Positions 54,201-64,000 of a stretch of 64,000 nucleotides of DNA are shown in pieces. Below the pieces are notes generated by a model, which ran no database searches, was not told where the DNA came from, and saw nothing but the letters and a program-made list of their open reading frames with translations. Every line of letters begins with the position of its first letter. The stretch's first letter is position 1. Source of the DNA: Eledone cirrhosa (taxonomy: Eukaryota); contig OZ024740.1 of NCBI GenBank assembly GCA_964016885.1, positions 218,488,001-218,552,000 of the forward strand, given 5' to 3'. The position numbers and the translations under genes were made by a program.

Positions 54201-54265
54201 TATTTTATTATACATATTTCAAGGATACCATGTTAAATTATGGTATGCTTTCATCAGACAAAATA
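54201..54265 (-). ncRNA. Type I hammerhead, relative of the 33941 copy
   Basis: Minus strand TATTTTGT CTGATGA AAGCATACCAT AATTTAAC ATGGTATCCTT GAAA TATGTA TA ATAAAATA. Confidence 0.85.
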
Positions 54266-54437
54266 CAATATATACCAGTTTTATAAATAAATATTGACAT
54301 ACCCTTATAGATATGGTTTTATAAATATAGTTTCCATTTGTTAATATCGTATGTTTACTCCAAATACTTGTTGAGTGCTTTATATCAGTTATAAAAAATA
54401 GTTGCTTGTTGTATCCCAACAATTTAAATAGAACTTT

Positions 54438-54479
<42 letters not shown>

Positions 54480-54770
54480 TCATGAAATATGAAAACTTGT
54501 CCTTTAATCTAGCTCCAGTTCGCTGCCAGTCTTCAAATTTATCCAAAATAAGATAATGGAGATCTTTCGGTCATACTAACCTCACCAACGTAGCACGGAC
54601 TCCATGTTAATTCACTTCATTAAATATAATGATTTCTTAGAGACCTTTGAGAAAAGAGGGATCAATTGATTAATTCAAACCTCCGCATTTGACTGGTACC
54701 TATTTTATTGACTCCACTGAAAAATGAAAGGTAAAATTGACCTCGGAATGTTTAAAATGTGGACGTAAAG

Positions 54771-55089
54771 CAGGGGCGTGCAACAGGCAGCCCGCGGGCC
54801 ACAATCCAGCCCTCCAGACCAGTCAAAGTGGCCCACGATGACCATTTAAAATGTTTACCTTGTAGGCTTATTTAGAATTTTTTTCATAACCGTAATACAA
54901 TTTTCTGTTAGTTGCCCTATACTAAAGGGCTTCACTGATAGGGTTATGTGTGTTATAATTTCCCAGCTCCATGTTATGGAAAGAAGTTGTGGTGAATCTT
55001 TGGAATAGTACTTAATAAATATTAATGGCCCTAATAGTGGTTCCAATGTTCAAAAGTGGCCCGCCAATGGAATATGTTGCACACCCCTG
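54771..55089. mobile_element. hAT (Charlie-like) MITE inserted in a SINE
   Basis: TIRs CAGGGGCGTGCAAC / GTTGCACACCCCTG; perfect 8-bp TSD ACGTAAAG at 54763-54770 and 55090-55097. Confidence 0.93.
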
Positions 55090-55868
55090 ACGTAAAGGAA
55101 CGTAACTAAAAATTGCAAGACATTCTCCTGAAATTCTACCGGTTCTGATACTGCAACGCCCTTCAATTCCTTAAGTTACAAATACCAAAACTAATGTGAA
55201 TTACTCTAACCGATAGCTTCTTGAATGTCAGATATTTAGAAGATGGGTGAAGGCGGGTTTAATTCGTACAAGTATACAACTAATTCTTTCACCGGACTGC
55301 TGTTTTCCTGTCAAAATGGGTCGAGAACATTGTACCTTAGGAAGGAACGCCGTGGGGTAAAATGGCGGATGCAACGCAACATCTGTCTGTTGTTGTTCTC
55401 CGCGGAAACAATTTCGCCATCTTATTCACGGTTGTTGCTGAACTATACTGTATAGCAGGTGTACAGTTTGTCCTTATTCCTTTTTTTTTTTTCCATAATC
55501 TTACTTTTAATCATGATTTCTAAACAAAATATTATCTTAAGACTGTTTCTGTGAAATAAATAAATAGATAGATGAATAAATATCAAAAACTGCGCTATAA
55601 CTGGAATGAGTTTACTAGGTTAGGCAGAGAGGATAAGCTGCTGACATCCCACCTACCACTAATCCGTGACATCACACATTGTATTCCGGATTAGCCATTT
55701 GATTTCACTTTTGAGTCAATAGCCTAGAGACTACTGGGCTCACCAGCACACGGTGGTGATCTAACTATCTAGTAAATCTTAAAGGAACTTTACTCTGTGT
55801 GCTTATAAGTTGTTTGTATGTGTACATACGTATGCATATAGAGCCTTGTCTTTAAATTACACTACGCC

Positions 55869-55966
<98 letters not shown>

Positions 55967-55990
55967 TACATACATACATACATACATACA

Positions 55991-56022
<32 letters not shown>

Positions 56023-56136
56023 CACATATACACATATATAGGGTGTCTCAAAAAGGTGTATACACACTTTGATTACCTGTACAGGCAATATTTATTAGAA
56101 TGCTGTTGAAGTGTGTATACATTTTGGGGGGCACCC

Positions 56137-56192
<56 letters not shown>

Positions 56193-56313
56193 TATACGTG
56201 TATTATTGACGTGAGAAAATGTACTTAATACCGAAGTAGAGTTTAAATTTTCATTTATTATGACTAAGTAGTTAGTCTGGAGTTTCACCTGCACACTCGC
56301 AGGATCATCAGTC

Positions 56314-56359
56314 TTGTCTGATCATCCTGCGAGTGTACAGGTGAAACTCAGAGTAACAA
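56314..56359 (+). ncRNA. Hammerhead within a short palindrome (56280-56349)
   Basis: TTGT CTGATCA TCCTGCGAGTGTACAGGT GAAA CTCAGAG TA ACAA. The mirror arm keeps canonical CTGATGA but lacks stems I and III. Confidence 0.75.
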
Positions 56360-56869
56360 TGGTCACTACTTAGCAACATATATATTTATTTATTTATGGC
56401 CACGAGAAGGAGTGCTCAAAGCTAGTGTAGAGTACTAAGTACAACTACCTCAGAAAAAGAGAACTCAATTCATTTATAGAGTAAAATAACAATGGTTGTT
56501 TTGGGAAAGGTTTATTCCTCACATTGACTAGTAGTTTGATTCCGGACGGGAATCCTCTGATTATGGAGGGTTTTTTTTCTTTGAAAATGGGGTATATATA
56601 TTTTTCTTGGAGGTGTGAGGTTGGCTTCTTGGTGAATTTGTTTTTATTTTTTTATTGGATTATATTTGTAGGCAGGGGTTTGGTATGAGTTGGTGTGAAA
56701 ATGCGATTCGGTGTATGAGGGTAGCAGGTCGATGAAGTATATAAACTGTTTAACATCACTTTTATTTACAATATCTTAATGGCAAAAAGAAAGAGAAAAA
56801 TGTATAGAAAAAAGAAAAGGGAGAAAAAATAGTGAGCAGAGCAGACACTGTACTTTTAGTTAGATGGTA

Positions 56870-57210
56870 TATCTCAGCTGACCCTGTGGTCAAGATGGAG
56901 AACAACCAGTGATACCCTGTACATCAGCCATTCCATCTCACCGGACTTCTTTCCCAAATTCAGGGACCAAGGACAACGAAGGTCTTAGCAGCGACCGGCA
57001 CGTAAAGGAAACAGCCAGACAATGCCTGGTATTTAGTCATCTGTTGGTCCTCTGTATTGCGAGCAGTGGTGCCTAGGTTTGTGACCGAAGCGATGAGGTT
57101 GACACTGGAGAAAGTGTCGCAACATGTGGCATCACAAATAAGTGACCTACTTTCTTCAAACAGAGAAATGGTGATTTCGTCGGGGTGTCTACTACGCCAT
57201 CGTATGATGA
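56870..57210 (-). mobile_element. Second, diverged CRE-like RLE fragment
   Basis: RHPDEITISLFEESRSLICDATCCDTFS..KYQALSGCFLYVPVAAKTFVVLGP (PD..D endonuclease motif region). Confidence 0.72.
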
Positions 57211-57606
57211 TAAGTTTAACTTGGCAGTTAGTTGAGTTGTAATCGAATTGGAAATTTTTTGTGGGGAGAATGATATTCATTGGGGCATAAAAATCCTTTT
57301 TATAGAGATCAGGGTAAGGGTTTGGTCGGTGAAGTATTGGAGGAGGTGAGGAAACAATCCCAGTAGAATTTGATGTATTTTTTAGCAAATGAATTAGCCC
57401 GTGTATAGTGGTAGGGGTGATTTTTGGCATTGGGACAGAGAATGATGCGATTGTTGGTATTTGTTGGAGTGGGATACAGAAGAAAGAGGGAGTTGGCTGC
57501 AAGAGAATGGTAATATATATTGGGAAGAGTGAGAGACGGAGTGATGTGTGTATGTGTGGTGAAGGGCCATTCTGAGGTCAACAAGTACATATACACATAC
57601 ATACAC

Positions 57607-57648
<42 letters not shown>

Positions 57649-58252
57649 ACATTCTTTAAACATTTATTAGTTTTACAGAATTTTATTTCAATTCGGTTGG
57701 AGTAAAGAATATAAGACTCTCTACTCTTTTAAGTAAACCCCGTGCCTCCACATGTATACATAGGCATATATATGTGTGTTCATATAAACACAAAAATACA
57801 CACAGCCACACACACACATACACACGAATATATACATATATATATGTGTGTGTGTTTGTGTATATGTATATATATATATATATATGTGTGTGTATATGTA
57901 TATATATGTATGTATGTATATGTATATATATATATGTATGTATATATATATATGTGTATGTATATGTATATGTATATGTATATATATATATGTACGTATG
58001 TATATATGTATGTATATGTATATATGTATGTATGTATATATATATATATATGTATGAATATATATGTATGTATATATATGTGTGTGTATATGTATATATA
58101 TATATATGTATGTATGTGTATATATATATATATATATGTGTGTGTATAAGTATATATATATGTATGTATATATATATATATATGTATGTATAAGTATATA
58201 TATATGTATGTATATGTATATAAAAAAGAAAATTTCGCTCTACAAGGCTGAA

Positions 58253-58367
58253 TATAATAAATGTAATCTGAGTTTTTCGAATATTAATAACATTCGATTC
58301 GTTTGCATAATTGCAACCGAATCGAATGTTATTATTAATATTCGAAAAACTCATTACATTTATTATA
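58253..58367. repeat. 115-bp palindrome within (TA)n/(TATG)n
   Basis: TATAATAAATGTAAT..CGATTCG..CGAATCG..ATTACATTTATTATA. Confidence 0.85.
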
Positions 58368-58388
58368 TATATATATACATATATATAT

Positions 58389-58428
<40 letters not shown>

Positions 58429-58459
58429 ATGTATATATATATTTATATATATATGTATG

Positions 58460-58492
<33 letters not shown>

Positions 58493-58565
58493 ATATGTAT
58501 GTATATATATATATGTATGTATATGTGTATGTATATATATATATATATGTATGTATATATGTATG

Positions 58566-58598
<33 letters not shown>

Positions 58599-58791
58599 AT
58601 ATGTATGTATATATATATGTATGTATATGTGTATGTATATATATATATATGTATGTATATGTATATATATATATATGTATGTATATGTATATATATGTGT
58701 ATATATATATGTATATATATATATGTATGTATATGTATATGTATATATATATATGTATGTATATGTATATGTATATATGTATATATGTATG

Positions 58792-58822
<31 letters not shown>

Positions 58823-58829
58823 TTGTATG

Positions 58830-58871
<42 letters not shown>

Positions 58872-59060
58872 CGAAAAGTAAATGAAAACAAGAAAGCAAA
58901 CAATACAGTACAAAGAAGAAATATATTAGTTAAAAGTTTAATATAGTAGGAAAAAAGTCTTAGCATCTTGGATAGAAGAAATAAAAGAATAGAAAGATAT
59001 ATAGGGAGTATAAAGGGGAAAGATAGGAAAATATTTTTTTTCGCGGGGGCGAGTACTTGA

Positions 59061-59134
<74 letters not shown>

Positions 59135-59226
59135 AGAATACTGGAAGGTAATATCCGTAGTGGTAGAGCACTCAGTCCATGGGACGAGTTTGGTAGAAGT
59201 AATAACACAACAGTTAGTTCACCATA

Positions 59227-59262
59227 CCGATAACAATTGTTTCACCTTATACGGATCTTCAG
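59227..59262 (-). ncRNA. Hammerhead core at a palindrome centre (59240-59291)
   Basis: Minus strand CTGAAGA TCCGTATAAGGT GAAA CAATTG TT ATCGG. The matching stem I strand (CCGA) precedes CTGAAGA on the mirror arm. Confidence 0.72.
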
Positions 59263-59730
59263 TCCGAGCTGAAGATCCGCATAAGGTGAAATATACATAC
59301 TCTTATACATACAGACACACACACACACACACTCACACACACTCATATATATATATATATACACACATACATGACATGCATACATTCTACTATTACATCT
59401 CTACTAGCTTTCTTTAATTTAGGAACTCGTATTATACAAGGTTTTACTACTTTAACTTCGTGTCGACCTGATTGAGCAGACAATAGTTTATAGTGACGGT
59501 TTTGTTTTATTTTCACACAGTATGTCTAATGTCTACTACTACACACTATCTAATTTTTCAACTATTTTAATAAAAAGATAGGGCGTGATTTGCTGGATAT
59601 TTAGCTGCTATTTCTAAAAATGGAATCGACCGCGTGCAAGCTGCCTTGTATTGAGGATTTAGGAGTTAGGAAAACAGTAATGTGCATACATACATACATA
59701 CATACATACATACATACATACATACATACA

Positions 59731-59762
<32 letters not shown>

Positions 59763-59837
59763 CACATTGCATACATACACACATATATACATTGCACACA
59801 TACACACACATACATAATACATATATACATACTTACA

Positions 59838-60424
59838 TGGTGGCTGCCAACTCGTTTTCGAGTACGGCCACTACTTTATATCCATGTATGAGAACCCCTA
59901 CCGATGCGCTGAACGAGTGTGACTTTTTAGTCCAGCCAGCGACTTGAAAACTCTGGTACAAACACTACACCTGTGACAATTATTGACACATAGTGCTGAG
60001 CCCATGGTACCATGTGACGACAAGTGCAGAGAGATCTCCAGATATAAAGCAATGCCTGTGCCGTGAAGCTTTTATAGTGAGCAAGGGCACTGCACAAAGT
60101 CAGTCCCACTCTCTTAACCAAGATGATATTTACCAAAAAGAATAACAAGTCAACATCATTGGATACCATCAGAGTTGCAGGTGTTATATCAGAGTTTTCC
60201 TTCTCCTAGAATTCTGCCTTGACAAAGGCTAAGGGGTCATCTCTCCCGGTGATTTAGGATGGCCATTGGCTCTTAAGAGCTCCTTTGACAGGTTTTGTTT
60301 TTAGTCCTGCAGGATGTCCAACGTCACCCTCCTCACCAAGAAACCTTGGTGGGGTTGCCAGTTTAGTCGCCAACGACCCGACCATGAGACAGGTTGTACT
60401 GGGATACATGTTACCAGTAGCACC
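59838..60424 (-). mobile_element. Copy of the 590-bp RTE-derived element
   Basis: Reverse complement of 30471-31054 with a slightly longer 5' end. Diverged partial copies at about 12430-12572 (+) and 38025-38290 (-). Confidence 0.85.
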
Positions 60425-61115
60425 ATACATACATATATACATGCATACATACATACATTGCATACATACATACACACATACACACATACATAATACATAT
60501 ATACATATATGCATGCATACAAACATACATACATCACATATATTGCATACATACATACATACACATACATACATACATATGTATATCTATGTATGCTTTA
60601 CATATCCAACCATACACTATCTTTTCATACTATATACAGTAGATACTGTATGTTAGGATATGTAAAGCATTTCTTTACTATATATATATATATCCTCCGG
60701 GCTCTGCATACCCCCTCCGCTCACCCCCTCCGACCCCTCTCCATCCACACACACACTGACTTACACCCCACCCCATGTACACACTGGTTTTCCTATTACC
60801 CGAACATGGAACCTCGTTCTTCCCCAAACTCTCACACACACATCCACACATACACACACAAACACGTACACCTACACACATACACACACACATACGCGCA
60901 CACACACCACCTTACGCCCTCCCCGCTCGGACCCCATGTTTCCTTCTCACCTCTCCCCCTCCATCCACCCACCACCACCTCTACACGCCTCACGCCCTTT
61001 CACCACTTGTTTTCATTTTAATTTGTTTTCCTTCCTTTTAATGTTTTTCCCTCTTTTTATGTGGTGTCTTTCCACCACTCCCCTTCACACCCTCGGAACT
61101 CTTTTCCTTCCTACT

Positions 61116-61150
61116 TTTCTCCTGATGAAGGGCTTATGCCCGAAACGTCC
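61116..61150 (+). ncRNA. Minimal hammerhead core in pyrimidine-rich pLTR remnant (about 60690-61240)
   Basis: CTGATGA A GGGC TTAT GCCC GAAAC GTC; stem I partner not evident. Confidence 0.65.
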
Positions 61151-61268
61151 CCCGCCCCCACTCTCAAGCGTGAACCTGATACCAACACTTCGTACTGCAC
61201 TCTTTGTTATTGTTTTTGTTTTTTTTTCGTTTTTTACTTCTATATATATATATATATACACACACACA

Positions 61269-61342
<74 letters not shown>

Positions 61343-61399
61343 AACAGATTAAATCTCTGGATTTTAGTCTCACATTTATTATTATTACTATATATATAT

Positions 61400-61610
61400 A
61401 TATACACACACAGCCATATATACACACACAGCCATATATACACACACAGCCATATATACACACACAGCCATATATACACACACACGCATATATATATATA
61501 TACACACACACAGCACACAGACATAAAATATAAAAGATATATATATATAGTGACAAGTATAATATACATACATATTTCAAACATATGTATATATATATAC
61601 ACACAACCAT

Positions 61611-61659
<49 letters not shown>

Positions 61660-61729
61660 GCACACAGACATATAAAAGATATATATATATAGTGACAAGT
61701 ATAATATACATACATATTTCAAACATATG

Positions 61730-61763
<34 letters not shown>

Positions 61764-61770
61764 GCCATAT

Positions 61771-61801
<31 letters not shown>

Positions 61802-62092
61802 CACACACACAACCATATATACACACACAACCATATATACACACACACAAAGCACACAGACATAAAATATAAAATATATATATATATATATAGTGACAAG
61901 TATAATATACATACATATTTCAAACATATGTATATATATGTATATATATACACACACAGCCATACACACACACACAGCACACAGACATATAAAATATAAA
62001 AGATATATATATATATATATAGTGACAAGTATAATATACATACATATTTCAAACATATGTATATATATATATATATATATACACACAGCCAT

Positions 62093-62137
<45 letters not shown>

Positions 62138-62217
62138 TTCAACACACACACATATAAAATATAAAAGATATATATATAGTGACAAGTATAATATACATAC
62201 ATATTTCAAACACACAC

Positions 62218-62220
<3 letters not shown>
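61400..62220 (+). repeat. Minisatellite, five units of about 130-190 bp with embedded variable (TA)n/(CA)n
   Basis: Invariant core TAGTGACAAGTATAATATACATACATATTTCAAACA at about 61548, 61690, 61891, 62020 and 62177. Confidence 0.92.
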
Positions 62221-62284
<64 letters not shown>

Positions 62285-62487
62285 CTAGATCTATATTTAA
62301 TATATTAAACTCTCTCCCTCTCTCGCGCTCTCTCACTTTACCCAATTTATAACTCACCTCCTTCTCACCCTTTCATTCTAGCTCTCCCTCTCCCTCTTTA
62401 TATATACATATATATATATGTGTGTGTGTGAATTTATGTGTGTATATATATATATATATATATAACACATATATATTACACACAAAG

Positions 62488-62555
<68 letters not shown>

Positions 62556-62927
62556 ATGTGTGTATGTGTGTGTATATATGTATGTGTGTGTGTGTATGTA
62601 TGTATGTATATAATACATAGACATACTTTTCTTCTGAATAAAGGTGAACACATGTAATAAACTAAGAAACTAAGAAGTATAAGGAGACTAAAAGGACTTG
62701 GGGGTGGAAAGTAAAGTAAACAAAGTCTATTCTTGAGTGTGACTTATTGGGTGAGTGTGTGTGTGTTAGTGTGTGAGTGTTAGTGTGTGTGTGTGTGTGT
62801 TAATATGGGAGTATGTGTGTGCGTGAGTGAAAGGTAAACAGAGTGCACAGCTTATGTTAGCTCACATGGTACTGGGGAGTAACAAGCATTACATGTTAAT
62901 GCATATGTGTATTTCGATGTGGATATG

Positions 62928-62959
<32 letters not shown>

Positions 62960-62962
62960 CAC

Positions 62963-62994
<32 letters not shown>

Positions 62995-62996
62995 AC

Positions 62997-63030
<34 letters not shown>

Positions 63031-63291
63031 ATATACATACATAGGTACATATTTAAAGATGTAGATATGTTATATATAAATACACATATATATATACATG
63101 CATTCATATGTATATCTCTCTATGTAGGTATGTTTGTGTGGGTATGTATGTATTCATATTTTTTTTATTGGTTTAAGTCATATTAGCCTGCGGCCATGTT
63201 AGGGCATCAGCATGATTTAGTCAAACGTATCAACCCCAATTTAGTATTTATCTCCTGTTGTGTGAGTGCATATATATATATATATATATAT

Positions 63292-63488
63292 GAAAAGTAT
63301 GACCCCGACGGCAGAGCTCAAGCCGTTTCAACGGCTATTTCTGGACTTTGAGACCAGAAATAGCCGTCTAAACGGCTTGAGCTCTGCTGTCGGGGTCATA
63401 CTTTTTCCTATTACCCACTCTAGTACCCTAAGTATTGAGTACTCTGGTGCGTTATGGTCCACCTGGTTCCTTACCACAATTCCTTTGT

Positions 63489-63490
<2 letters not shown>
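63292..63490 (+). mobile_element. Palindromic pLTR derivative related to the 27318-29928 family (arms 63292-63403)
   Basis: Contains the 3' half of the hammerhead (TAGCCGTCTAAACGGCTTGAGCTCTGCTGTCGGGGT) and a terminus matching 29845-29928; flanked by (TA)n. Confidence 0.9.
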
Positions 63491-63542
<52 letters not shown>

Positions 63543-63922
63543 CGAAACATAAGTCAATTGTATGAACTCATAATCCTTTATATATATATATATATACCCT
63601 ACTTCTTCTATACATGTGTTACCGATACCAACTCACCCTGTATAGCATTACGGTCGGAATTTACCCTGCTTCCAACTCGGTGTCATCTTCATGAACATAC
63701 ATACATACATTTGTGTATATATATGTGTGTGTGGGGGGTGTATACAAGTATAAATAAAAGCTTAAAATATATAGAGCATAGTTAATAGTAAATTAGAGTG
63801 AACAGTAAAGATTAAAACTTTTCGTACGGGAAAACAGTAACAGGAAACTCTGAGTAACAGCAGTATAATATAACTCGTCTTATCATATTTGAACATTTGG
63901 ACACACACACACACACATACAC

Positions 63923-63960
<38 letters not shown>

Positions 63961-64000
63961 CGATGAAATGCCTATGACGGTTGGAAGGCCACTGATGAAG

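Noticed and set aside
61540-62212. CRISPR-like array (36-bp constant repeat with spacers)
   Set aside because: Spacers are homologous microsatellite sequence, the context is eukaryotic and there are no cas genes.

Overview
AT-rich, repeat-saturated eukaryotic DNA (intergenic or deep intron) with no supportable host protein-coding gene. The SINE repertoire and extreme (TA)n/(TATG)n content suggest a cephalopod (octopod) genome; this is an inference. Most listed ORFs are microsatellite artefacts. Real coding remnants are two 5'-truncated Penelope-like elements (RT plus C-terminal GIY-YIG; about 1550-4635 and 27318-29928), a third PLE fragment, three RTE-type LINE fragments and two CRE-type restriction-like-endonuclease fragments. 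There are also three copies of a bipartite RTE-derived element, dozens of tRNA-derived SINEs, several MITEs, a Helentron-like element and a 200-N gap. The main signal, read directly from the sequence, is about 15 type-I hammerhead ribozyme motifs plus several half motifs, from about ten unrelated pseudo-LTR families. Nearly all sit in (TA)n tracts and many form fold-back palindromes. Several have non-canonical cores or long stem II, and several families share an ACTC..GAGT(A/G)C stem-loop about 45-70 nt before the (TA)n junction. Hammerheads in Penelope pLTRs are known; the density, core variants, shared 3' motif and palindromic non-coding forms are what merit follow-up. A recursive-splice-like AG|GTAAGT site with a 48-nt all-frame-stop exon lies at 49304-49351.
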